In this document: in pieces, positions 40,872 through 53,476 of the stretch
How the letters are laid out: each line of letters begins with the position of its first letter
How positions within the stretch are numbered: the first letter of the stretch is position 1
Source of the DNA: Octopus vulgaris
Lineage: Eukaryota
Length of the DNA: 64,000 nucleotides
Assembly: GCA_951406725.2 (NCBI GenBank)
Contig: OX597835.1
Span: 9,796,001 to 9,860,000 of the forward strand
Direction of reading: 5' to 3'
Made by a program: the position numbers and the translations under genes
The notes under the pieces: model-generated
Databases searched by the model: none
Told to the model about the DNA's origin: nothing
What the model saw: only the letters and a program-made list of their open reading frames with translations

Positions 40872-42016
40872 TATCAATGACTTTCTATCGATCTTTCAAC
40901 GAACAAGTCAATCACATGGTTTGTGAAACTCCTTTCGTCGCCATTCGCAGCCTCATCAATCACATGCCTACCTCATTTTTATAATTTTGCAATGAAGAGG
41001 AAATTTCTGCAAGATTGATCTTTTTTTTTTATTTTTTACCAAATCGCTAAGTATAAGCGACCGACGTGCGTCAACCCCCGATAATCAAAATTCTTCAAAC
41101 GTTCTCGCAGATTTCTTCGGTCATAACATTATATGTAATGACATTTCAACCATATTTTATATATAAAGACAGGTGAACGACATCACAGCAGAAAACCAGC
41201 GAATCGATCAATAGAATCCAATCGATTTTGCCTGTTTTTTTCTTTAAATTTTTCTCAATTTTTTAAATCTTTAAAATCCCGGCTTTTACTATTTTTTACA
41301 CTGATACACATGCATAATACTTGGAGTTTATATATTTTTTGCTCACCACATGCAAAGTCAATTATACAGACATCCCAGACAATATATTTACTGATAATTC
41401 ACTCGATTATCGTAAGACACATTAAAGTAGCTAAAAGCTACTCTAGAAAATGTATTCAGCATGTAACAAATTCAACGCAACCGCCATTATCCTCCACAAC
41501 ATCACCAGCATAAATCATTGCAATTTATTTGTGTAAAACTGAGCCAACAGAAATGACTGCATTACATACGGTCTCAAAACACTTTATAAATAAAGCCACA
41601 TTTACATCACTGGTTGCTTTATCTGCTGCGCTGCACACAATGAATGCTACAGATGCCTCGGCTTTGGCGAAAAAATCTTATCATTGAAAAGGTGTTGTGA
41701 ACATTGTGTAGGAACTAAAAGATAAGTTATTTTGGGCAGGGAATAAATATGTTGTCGTGTGGAGACCAGCTGCCCAGCGACCGTTCTAAAATATTGCATT
41801 CAGAGTCAGTGAGAGAGAAATGTTAAAATCTCACAGCGCTTCAATGGAGATGAGAAATTTACATTTGGGACTTGTAATGGCTGTCGCACGAGGCTACGTA
41901 AATGTTTAACGAATCAGTTTGATTAGCTGAGAATTCTGGATAAAGTATGAGACTGCAGATGTGGTGGTGCTTTAGTCGACGCCCTTGGGACAAGTTATAC
42001 TGATTTATGTATTACC

Positions 42017-42420
42017 TATTTCTTTATTACCCACAAGGGGTTAAACACAGAGGGGACAAACAAGGACAGACATAGGTATTACATCGACCCCAGTGCGTAA
42101 CTGGTACTTAATTTATCGACCCCAAAAGGATGAAAGGCAAAGTCGACCTCGGCGGAATTTGAACTCACAATGTAACGCAGACGAAATACCTATTTCTTTA
42201 TTACCCACAAGGGGCTAAACACAGAGGGGACAAACAAGGACAGACATAGGTATTAAGTCGATTACATCGACCCCAGTGCGTAACTGGTACTTAATTTATC
42301 GACCCCGAAAGAATGAAAGGCAAAGTCGACCTCGGTGGAATTTGAACTCACAACGTAACGCAGACGAAATACCGCTAAGCATTTCGCCCGGCGTGCTAAC
42401 GTTTCTGCCAGCTCGCCGCC
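42017..42420 (-). mobile_element. SINE C dimer (head + 2 bodies) with 16-bp TSD
   Basis: TTTATGTATTACCTAT at 42004-42019 and 42421-42436; internal junction GAAATAC|CTATTTC. Confidence 0.9.
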
Positions 42421-42455
42421 TTTATGTATTACCTATAGCACTCATGAGGGACCAG

Positions 42456-42499
<44 letters not shown>

Positions 42500-42924
42500 A
42501 CATACACACACACACACACACATGGACGTGCTCGCGAATATGTGCGTATAATGAATCCATAAACACATATAAAACGTCCAAGGGTATATTTTCCCCTCTG
42601 ACGATATTATGCTCAGGTTATATAGATATAAATTTAATACTTACTTAATATTTACTGTAACTGAAACAACTGTAAGTGAAGATCATTAATTTGCTGTTAA
42701 TAATAAATAATTATTAACTTCCCAATCTCCATTTTCTTTTTCTTCCTTTATATGAATATAAACTATATGTTTATATATATATGCCTATAATTTTAAGGAA
42801 ATTAATTTCCCCAGAATACTAGGTATTGACCCAGTATTTCCTTGAATGAAACCATACCTTCATGAGGTTAACACAACCTCTAATCGAATTCATATATATA
42901 TATATATTTATTTATATATATATA

Positions 42925-43231
42925 CTAGCAGTATCGCTCGGCGTTGCTCGGGTTTGTAAGGGAAATAACTATATAAGCATTTTTAGAGAGTTACTTCCCT
43001 TACATAACCCGAGCAAAAATCATTGAAAATGCGGAAAAATGATGGTAATTTTTTTTTAAATCGTAGACTCATCGCAGACGCGCGCTAATACCCCAGAAGG
43101 GCTCGATATGAATGACGACTAGAAGATACCCGCTTTTGGTTAAAATGCACCGCAAAATGTGGGAGTAGTTAGGAATCTAAATCGGAGGAGACAGAGTCTC
43201 ACACACACAACTTCAATTTTATATATAAAGA
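42925..43231 (-). mobile_element. Non-autonomous Helitron, shorter internal variant
   Basis: Same CTAG/hairpin 3' end and a related 5' end; different middle. Confidence 0.8.
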
Positions 43232-43559
43232 TATATATATATCTTTTATCTATGTATATGTATGTATAAACACACGAATATAAAGATATAATAGATATAT
43301 ATAGCTACAGATCTCTTTCAGAATTTCAAACGATCTGACAGGATAACCTCAGTTTCCCTCTACTCAACTCTGATTAATTTGATTTTACTCTTGCCTCTTA
43401 TATTTGTCTCTCCTCACTGCATGCATAATTTTACTTTGTTGACCTTTACCTTCATTAACTTTTAATTCATTAAATCCTTTCTCCCCACTGCAAGATACTT
43501 CGAATTAATTGAAAGCAACTACAATATGTTAAACTCCCTAAACTCTATTTACTGGCTCT

Positions 43560-43820
43560 CCCTCGGTTACGATGACAAGTTTTCCAGTTGATCTGATCAA
43601 CGGAACTCAAGTGGCTGAGTACTCCATGGACACGCATGTACAGAATGTGACAAGGCTGGCTCTTTTGAATTACAGGTGCAACCTATTTTTGCCAGACGAG
43701 TGGATTGGAGTAAAGTGAAATGAAATGCCTTGCTCAAGGACAAATGCATCGCCGAGAATTGAACTCACAGTCTTATGATCGTGAGCCGAATACCCTAATC
43801 CCTAACCTCTAAGCCTTCAC
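43560..43820 (-). mobile_element. Degenerate SINE with D-like head and A-like tail
   Basis: GCCTTGCTCAAGGAC...GCCTTCAC (as at 62528-62628) joined to GGTTACGATGAC...GATCAACGGAAC (as at 63628-63670). Confidence 0.6.
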
Positions 43821-44504
43821 TAAATTCTATTGCATTAGTAAATGTAATTAGTTAAATGATTGATGTGTACTTACAGTATCTTAACAGTCACTCATATTTC
43901 AACAGTAACGTTATATACTGGTGACTTCAGACCAAAAATGGATCTGCCTCAGTTCCACTTCATTTAAGGGTAACTGTCAGAGTATCTTTCACCCACGTAG
44001 TGGACTTAACGTATTTCTAGGGTGGAATTAGTGTCATAATGTTGGAACTTTAAATTACTCGTAGGATCCACCCGGCAGTTTTCCCACCAATTCTGTCAAC
44101 TTAATTTTACTCACAAAGCTTAGGTGCACCCTACGCTACATGCCCCAGATTCAACGCAGTGAAATCAATCCTAGACATTAGTGTTGCAAAGCAACCCACT
44201 TAAAGAGCCGGGTCATGATGTACCCTGTTAGTTTATTAGAAATCACTCAACGTTAATTAAATTGTTATCGATTACTGTATCTAGTTAACGCTCACTCGAC
44301 CACATTCGGTGTTATTTAACGACTCGCCAACCCTTGTTCGTCTCTTCTCCACCCACACCGACACACACAAATCAAACAACTTCTATTTAAATTAATGAAA
44401 ATTATCGAGGACATAACTTGTTACCTTAACGGTTGAAGATTGTCAGCCAGACAGTTATTACTAAAAGAACAAGACAGAGTGATTATGACTACAAATATAA
44501 GGAA

Positions 44505-44568
<64 letters not shown>

Positions 44569-44624
44569 GGTAAATAAAACCATCGAACAGAGATTGTCGG
44601 AAGCGACACCTACTGGCTGGCTAC

Positions 44625-44666
44625 GCTGCATTGAAAAGGGGCAATACCCCGAAACGCGTCTGTAGC
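44625..44666 (+). ncRNA. Minimal type I hammerhead ribozyme, U3-A8 core variant
   Basis: GCTGCA-TTGAAAA-GGGG-CAATA-CCCC-GAAA-CGCG-TC^TGTAGC: stem I 6 bp, stem II 4 bp, palindromic ACGCGT stem III. Confidence 0.75.
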
Positions 44667-44986
44667 TGCCGGTCAAGTAGTGTGGAGCGACTGACCTCCC
44701 TTGTTCGAAGGTTATATGGATACAGTTTGTGTATCAAATAGCTAACTTAAGGCGATGGCCTCATGGAGCTAATAAGCGGACAGCTTTATTCTTATTTTTA
44801 TAAGAATGCCATATTAGTATGGCGATAACTATTATTTTCCGGGAACGCTGCCGCTGTTCTCTTTTAGAGAGACTTAGTAATTTTAATATTTCTATTATTG
44901 AAAACAAGTGGATGTATTCCACCGAAACTAGGTAAATAAAACCATCGAACAGAGATTGTCGGAAGCGACACCTACTGGCTGGCTAC

Positions 44987-45028
44987 GCTGCATTGAAAAG
45001 GGGCAATACCCCGAAACGCGTCTGTAGC
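44987..45028 (+). ncRNA. Second copy of the U3-A8 hammerhead
   Basis: Identical motif 362 bp downstream. Confidence 0.75.
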
Positions 45029-45103
45029 TGCCGGTCAAGTAGTGTGGAGCGACTGACCTCCCTTGTTCGAAGGTTATATGGATACAGTTTGTGTATCAAA
45101 TAG

Positions 45104-45180
<77 letters not shown>

Positions 45181-45540
45181 AATGAGATAGGGGTTGAAAA
45201 TTCAACCCACCATGGGATAATATATATCCAATATACTGCTAGATAGGTACCCAACAAAATTAATACATAGATGTTAAAAATTGTCAAGCAATCAGTTCAT
45301 CTATTGTATTAAATGGGTAAGGGTAATAATATTACCGTAAATTAATACTACAAAATTAGAGAATGGAGAAACATACTTAAATCAGTAAAACATCAACTAT
45401 CCGATGATACTCAATCCATACTTTAATACACCATTACATATGAGTAAAGGCAATATATAAAATGAAATGAGATATACAGTAATAGTAAAAAGATAAAGAG
45501 ATATAAGTAAAAAATTTCAAATATAATATACAAATAAATC

Positions 45541-45656
45541 AAAACTGACAGCTGTTTCGGCAGTGAGGACAGTCATACCTCATTTAACCTATAAGCCATA
45601 AAGGCAGGTATAAATGAGGCATTAACAAGGATGCCCCACGGCCTCTTCAGAGAATT
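45541..45656 (-). ncRNA. Hammerhead ribozyme motif with long stem II
   Basis: Minus strand: CT-CTGAAGA-GGC-[~80-nt hairpin including TGCCTCATTTA/TAAATGAGGTA]-GCC-GAAA-CAGCTG-TC^AG. Stem I is imperfect. Confidence 0.65.
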
Positions 45657-46002
45657 AAATTAAATTTGTTATAATAGTGAAAAATATTATATAATCATAT
45701 ACATATAAATATAAAAATATAAAAATGTAAAATATAAAAACTTATACATCATAATGCTACACTTATATAATATAATACACATTTGTACAAAAAGGAAGGT
45801 AAACAGAACAAAATAAAACAAAATATATAACAGTGTATATATTAATATTAATAAGTACCGATATTATACATATTTGGCTAATAGTTTTTTTTATAACAAA
45901 AAAAAAAAAAAAAGGCTAACACATATGGAGATGAAAAATAATAATTAAATCCGTGGTACAGTTCATAAAATTCTAAAGCTATAAAAGTTAATAAAAATTA
46001 CT

Positions 46003-46084
<82 letters not shown>

Positions 46085-46135
46085 TAATAAAAATAGATAC
46101 AGTTAAGTTAGCACCAAGTCCATCCTTTCAAAATC

Positions 46136-46169
<34 letters not shown>

Positions 46170-46172
<3 letters not shown>

Positions 46173-46500
46173 TTCAGCAAAAATTTAGATTCAGATGAAT
46201 ATGGTACTTAAGTTAAAGGCACCAGAAATTTGGTATGGTATTAACCATATAAATTAATTGGGGTGATTATAATCAAAATAAGCAACAAGGATATCTAAAG
46301 GTAGTGTAGTACAATCGTTTCATGCTACTTCATTTAATTAAACAATGTAAGTATTCCAGCAGTTTTAAAATGTAGAGCACTCTTCAGCCACATATGGAAT
46401 TTTTAAAAATTAAATTGACAATGTTCATTTTTATAATTATTCCATTTGCCAACATTACAAAGAGCGTAGGTATATAGACAGAGAGGTAAATATATATATA
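46170..46500 (-). mobile_element. Penelope-like LTR-type fragment adjoining (TA)n, copy 1
   Basis: ~330 bp, highly similar to 48876-49205; contains a hammerhead motif. Confidence 0.65.
46305..46392 (-). ncRNA. Hammerhead ribozyme motif with long stem II
   Basis: Minus strand: TGTGG-CTGAAGA-GTGC-[long AT-rich stem]-GCAT-GAAA-CGATTG-TA^CTACA. Confidence 0.7.
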
Positions 46501-47282
46501 TTCCGTTTTAATCCGGCTAAGGAAATTTACCCAAGAGGGGGATCTTCGGCAGCATGTGTTAAAGATGAACATGGCCTATTCCGATGTTATTTAACAACTG
46601 CTTAGGTTTCGCCTTCCTCTCTTTCCAGTTTTATTTATATACCCTCCTTGGTTTATATATACACACAGTTATATTACTGTTACTTCAATAAGCGTACTTC
46701 TACCTTATCGAATGATAACGTTATGCAATGTTTTTTTCCTCTTTTTTGGCGTTTAGACAAGTAAGGAACGACAAGGTCCCTGCCCCTAAGTTTTTCCGCA
46801 GCCTCCGAAACTAGGAAAATATGAAGTCAAACTCAAACCGCGGACTCACCATCGAGAGTCTCCACAAAACACAACTAAGGAACAAAAGACCGTAAGATAC
46901 TTGTTAGCTTCCAGTTTTCCTTCTCTGTTTCATCCTCTCAATCTTTGTCATAATCTTTCATATGAATAATCTATATTCGATACGCTAAAGACATTTCCTT
47001 GTTACCCCTACCCCCATTTCCTGGACACAAATACAAAGCCTATGTCTATTTTTACCTTGCCTTTGTGTTGTCGTTTTCGTAAGCTTTGTACTGTAAAGTT
47101 TTATAAATGATTAACTAAGAAGGCCTGGCTGTGTCGTTACGTTTGCTTAGTAACGAAGTGCTTTTGAATGCAATCCCACTGCGCTGTACCTTTGGCAAAT
47201 GTCTTCTACTTTCGCTCCGAGTCAACTAAAGCCTTGTCTGTAAATATGATAGATGGAAACTGAACAGAATCCTTTCGTACAT

Positions 47283-47327
<45 letters not shown>

Positions 47328-47329
<2 letters not shown>

Positions 47330-47734
47330 CGTAGGAGTGGCTGTGTGGTAAGTAGCTTGCTTACGAAGCACATGGTTCCGCGTTCAGTCCCACTGCGTGG
47401 CACCTTGGGCAAGTGTCTTCTACTATTGCCTCGGGCCGACCAAAGCCTTGTGAGTGGATTTGGTAGACGGAAACTGAAAGAAGCTCGTCGTATATGTGTT
47501 AATATATATATATGTATGTGTTTGTGTATCTGTGTTTGTCCCCCCACCCCAACATCGCTTGACAACCGATGCTGGTGTGTTTACGTTCCCGTAACTTAGC
47601 GGTTCGGCAAAAAAGAGACCGATAGAATAAGTACTAGGCTTACAAAGAATAAGTCCTGGGGTCGATTCGCTCGACTAAAGGCGGTGATCCAGCATGGCCA
47701 CAGTCACATGACTGAAACAAGTAAAAGAGTAAGA

Positions 47735-47736
<2 letters not shown>
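47328..47736 (+). mobile_element. SINE family B, full length (older B fragments lie on both sides)
   Basis: Same architecture as 16640-17082. Confidence 0.9.
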
Positions 47737-47768
<32 letters not shown>

Positions 47769-48680
47769 GGATGTATGTTTGTGTGTGTGTGTGGATGTCT
47801 CCTTTTTTCCCACACCGCTTGATTGAGTATTGATTTGTTTACGCCTACGCAACTTAGCTATTCGGCAAAAAAGACCGACTTATAAGTACCGGAAGCAGCT
47901 TGTTCTTGTTCCACTAATCCGGCAAGGCGGCGTTTCTTCGTTCAATGTTTGAAATAAGTAAAAGAAAATTCCTTTTTCCTCTGAAGTTTTTGGGTTGTTC
48001 CCTGTTCAATAATTTCACAATAATTTCCGACAACGAGGCTCTCCACAGTTTCTTATCTGCAATATTTTTTTTGTTTTTTGTATTTTAATATGTGTATGTA
48101 TAAATGTGAGTGTGTTTGTGTGCGTATTTGTGTGTATGTGTCTTTGCGTACAACAGTAACGGTAATAAGCAAAACATACCCCGTGGTATTTCGTTCCATC
48201 GCCCATTTGCGATCCTAAATTCCATTTAGGTTTTCTTCCTTAAAGCCTCAAAAAATGCCACCGACTGTTTGTGGTGGTCGTAACTGAAAAGATTTCTTCA
48301 AGGCGCCGAATTTTATGGTAACACCACAATGATGGAAACTAGTAAAAGAAGAGAAAATAAAAAGAGGGAAACAAATCAAATTCACAAAGGGAAAATAAAG
48401 TTCTTGTGCCTTTCGTGCTTCCGTACTTTTAAAGCTTTTGAACATCTGGTCCTAACAAGAAACATATGTGAATATATTGTTCGATTGGTTGTAGCCGAGA
48501 TTTTCTTTACACCGTTTTACCATTGATGGTCTGTCGTATTATTGTTGTGAGTTTGTTGTATTGTTGTTGTGAGTACGTACATGTGTATGAGTGTGTGAGC
48601 ACGTGTTATGAGTGGAGTAGGGCACAAGTATGAATGGATAGATAATAAAATGCAAGAAATAAGATCACACTGACACAAGC

Positions 48681-49205
<525 letters not shown>

Positions 49206-49206
49206 T

Positions 49207-49442
49207 TGTTGTATTTAGGAATGGTCACTTACCTACTTTAGCCAATAAAAAAACACACACTATATATTTGGTGTTACTTTGCTTCAGTGTTATTCATTTT
49301 TTACATTACGAAAGAACTCTGGCCGAAATAGGATTAAGATTAATGTAAAAAATGAATAACGCTGAAGCAAAGTAACACCAAATATATAGTGCGTGTGTTT
49401 TTATTGGCTAAACTGGCAAAATGACCATTCCTAAATACAACA
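49207..49442. repeat. ~100-bp-arm inverted repeat with 32-bp spacer
   Basis: 49207-49308 is the approximate reverse complement of 49341-49442. Confidence 0.88.
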
Positions 49443-49496
49443 TCTGTTTCAACACACGATTTCACATCAAAAATCTTGCAAAACAAATATATAAAC

Positions 49497-49566
<70 letters not shown>

Positions 49567-50294
49567 AGACAGACTTACTATCCAAATTTGCCCTGTAAAG
49601 TATTCACGGAATTGTTTGCCAGTTTGTAGAATGGGAATTGATGGCACTTATGCATGTATGTGTATTTAACCTAACTTTCGGACTTAAGTTAATTGGAATT
49701 ATCCAAACAATAGTAATCAATTTGATGTCTGAAGAAAATTGTGAGCACAATCACCACTACCACCATCTCTTCCACCACCACCACCACCACTATTCCCATC
49801 ATGACTCCCACTACCACCACCTCCACCATTATCACCCGGCGTCAACGCTCCCTCTTCCTTCTTCGTCCCACCTCTCGCTCACGTGCGGTCGTCTGTCTGA
49901 ATAAGCACAAACATGGTTATACCTGAAAATCACCTCCACCTCCCTTTCCTCTACTTTATATCGTCTATCGTCACATCCTCCTCCTCCCCTTCCACTTTCG
50001 CGTTTATTTCTTCACATCTTACTACAGTTCGTCTTTCATATAGTGTCTCCCCCTCATCCTCTCTCTTTAAGCTAACTCTTCCTCTTACCCAACCACTTCT
50101 TACCTCGCTTCCACTCTCGTTCACCCTCTCTTTTTACCTCTTTCTTTCTCTCTCTCACTCTTTTGTTTGTTTTTTTCTTAGAGAGTGACAGAGGGAGAGT
50201 GCGAAAACTACGTGTGTGTATATGTCACAGATAGCGTACGTGTGTCTGTGTTGATTCACACTGCATGACATTCATTATGTATGTGTGTATGTGT

Positions 50295-50315
50295 TGACGT
50301 CACGGAAGCCATATT
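50295..50315 (+). promoter_or_regulatory. Putative promoter motif cluster: CRE + ETS core + YY1-like
   Basis: TGACGTCA (50295-50302), CGGAAG (50303-50308), GCCATATT (50308-50315); splice donor-like AAA|GTAAGT at 50416. Confidence 0.45.
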
Positions 50316-50533
50316 TTTTTCGTCAAGAAATAACAAGCAAAAATTGTAATTAATCGTTTTTATTGATAAACAGAGGTCCAAATATCACCCAAAAATTCGT
50401 ACTGCATTGTGTAAAGTAAGTATCAAAAAATATATGTAAAAATATTAAGATAGAATATATTATTTCTGAGATATTTCTGAAACAAGTAAAAGAATAAAAG
50501 ACTTTGAGAATATCACCAGAAATTAATATGAAG

Positions 50534-50847
50534 AACTTGACCGATAAGAAAAAAGCTTGACAAATAAGAAAAAAAAAACTTGACCAATAAGAAAAACTTA
50601 ACCAATAATAAAAAAAATCTTGACCAATGAGAAAAAAAACTTGACCAATAAGAAAAAAACTGGACCAATAATGAAAAAACTGGACCAATAAGAAAAAAAC
50701 TGGACCAATAAGAAAAAAACTGGACCAATAATGAAAAAACTGGACCAATAAGAAAAGAACTTGACCAATATGAAAAAAATTAACCAATAAGAAAAAAAAC
50801 TTGACCAATAAAAAGAACTTGACCAATAAGAAAAATCTTGACCAAAA
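50534..50847. repeat. ~20-bp minisatellite, 16 units, 13 containing CCAAT
   Basis: Unit ACT(T/G)GACCAATAAGAAAAAA. Confidence 0.92.
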
Positions 50848-51616
50848 GCAGAACGATAACGTATGAAAATATTGAATAACGAATGTAGAAGAGTTAAAGA
50901 GATGCACTAAAATATGATAATCTAAGATGACCGCTAAAACTGTAATAAATTCAAGCAGATAATAATTTATGTTACTTGTATAAATTATTCATTTAGTGCT
51001 TCGGGTTAATCAAAATGTATTTTTGATTTCTACTCAAACAACCAACAAAAGCGATTTTACATTGGAAATATCATCGGGTTATAGAATTACTAGAGGGCCG
51101 TTGATGTTTTTAAAAATCTGTAGATAAAATCCGTTTTAAAATATACGAAAGCAGTGATATGTGAAATCGCTGAGACGACGATAAAGAAATAGATTGAACG
51201 CTTTAAGTAATTAAAATTCATTAGCTAAAATTCTGGTGATATAAATGGACATAAATTTTGTCTATCGATTTTTTATTAACCAAAGGAAGCCATGGAAAAT
51301 CCGGGTTATAGAAGTATTCTTAATTCTACTTTCATGTGAAACTTAACGGGCCTCCATAACATTATATCTTTCGTATAAATATTTGGATTATATTGTTGAT
51401 AGTGTTCCATACTTAGGTTCGATAAAGACAGTAACATACAAACACATGCGGTGACAAACAAAATGGTACAGGTACCATAAAGAGAATTTAATAGGATGTG
51501 CGTTATGTCTAGATATAATGTTCGCGATTTTTCTGCGTGTGTGTGTGTTTGTGTGTATCAAGCTTGTGTACGTGTGTGTCAGTGTATGTGCACGTGTCTT
51601 TCTGTGCTTTTATAAA

Positions 51617-51680
<64 letters not shown>

Positions 51681-51812
51681 AGTAATTGAATGAATTATCT
51701 TATTAAGGATAATTCGAAAGATAACCGATACCTGGGTAGCGAATTCACATCAGAAAGAACACATCAGAAAGGATATTTGTTAACTAGTCGTTCAACTCCA
51801 TTCTTTCATATA

Positions 51813-51847
<35 letters not shown>

Positions 51848-51941
51848 AAAATAAGGGTGAAAAAATTGGATATTAATTTAATAACATCAATTCAACACCA
51901 AGTGGTTTAGCGCATAAAAACTGGGATACAGTAAAAATTAA

Positions 51942-52119
51942 TACACAAACATAAGAGAGGGTCCACCATATGGACGCTCTTGCGCTAAAAATAGATCCGC
52001 AATGATCTCAACCACCAAGAATTGTTCTCCTTCGGAACAATTCTTGGTGGTTGAGATCATTGCGGATCTATTTTTAGCGCAAGAGCGTCCATATAGTAGA
52101 CCCTCTTTTATATTTGTGT

Positions 52120-52120
<1 letters not shown>
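51942..52120. repeat. Long palindrome (86-bp arms, inner 60 bp perfect, 7-nt loop)
   Basis: 51968-52027 is the exact reverse complement of 52035-52094. The left arm continues a repeat family also seen at 63265-63430. Confidence 0.95.
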
Positions 52121-52159
<39 letters not shown>

Positions 52160-52806
52160 CAATATTTATGTGGATATACAGAGAGAAAGGCAGAGAGAGA
52201 CAGACAGACAGACAGAGAAATGGGGAAACAAGCCTCCACGGTGAGCCACCATTTGTGCCTCCTTAGAATAACGGTTATTGTTAAACAGGCCAATAAATTA
52301 CACGAATTGATTCTCCAAGCAGATTCAATGTTGCATTCAACGACGCCGCAATAACTCTTGCTTCAACTCGACGTTCATTGGATCGGTGACTATCGTTTTA
52401 CTTAGATAAACAAATGACTTCACTAGAAGGTGAGGTGCCGAGGGAGACAGAGAGAGAGAGAGTGAGAGTGAGAGAGAGAGAGATACAGCGATGCACAGAG
52501 TGCAGTGTGTTTGGAAATCAACCAAAGTTTCTACTTTGGTAGACATAAGATCAGAAATGTAAACCCTTGAAGCAAAATTTACACAAATTAAGACTGAGAA
52601 AGACAAACGGAGAAGGAAATAGAAAAGGAAAAGAGAAGACAGAGATTTGGGAAAGAGATGAGGAGAAACAAGAGATGGAAGAATGGCTAATATTTTAGTG
52701 TCTAATGGAAGCAAGAGTAATTTACTTTGCAGACCTTTGAGTATGTTTATATAAACGTACATGCATGCATATATAAATATATATATATATACAGAAACAC
52801 TCATAC

Positions 52807-52857
<51 letters not shown>

Positions 52858-52900
52858 CATAAACACGCACACACACATACACACTCAAATATATATATAT

Positions 52901-52936
<36 letters not shown>

Positions 52937-52991
52937 AGAGAAAGATGATTAGGTATTTATGAACGTATATTTGTGTAAGTATATATATATT

Positions 52992-53145
<154 letters not shown>

Positions 53146-53431
53146 AGAATGTATTTATGTACATACATATGCTTATATGAGTAGATATGTGCATATGAAT
53201 ATACCATGCATACATACATTTTGAATGTTAGCTATGTTATATATGTTTGTGCATATATATGTGTATGTGTGTGCGTGTGCATAAATGTATGTATATATAT
53301 ATGCATATATGTATGCATACATATGTATATATATATGTATATATATATATATATATATATGTATATAAATGTATATATATGTATACATACATCTATATAT
53401 ATATGTATATATATGTATGTACATATATATG

Positions 53432-53476
<45 letters not shown>

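Larger units (their letters stand above)
44563..45109 (+). mobile_element. Retrozyme/Penelope-LTR-like partial tandem (362-bp unit, 185-bp terminal direct repeats) inside (TA)n
   Basis: 44563-44747 is repeated at 44925-45109, and each repeat carries a hammerhead motif. Confidence 0.75.

Noticed and set aside
50534-50847. CRISPR-like appearance of the short repeat array
   Set aside because: No unique spacers, no cas genes, and a eukaryotic context.
50350-50907. 185-aa hydrophobic repeat ORF
   Set aside because: It is the antisense reading of the CCAAT minisatellite, and unit lengths vary without keeping frame.
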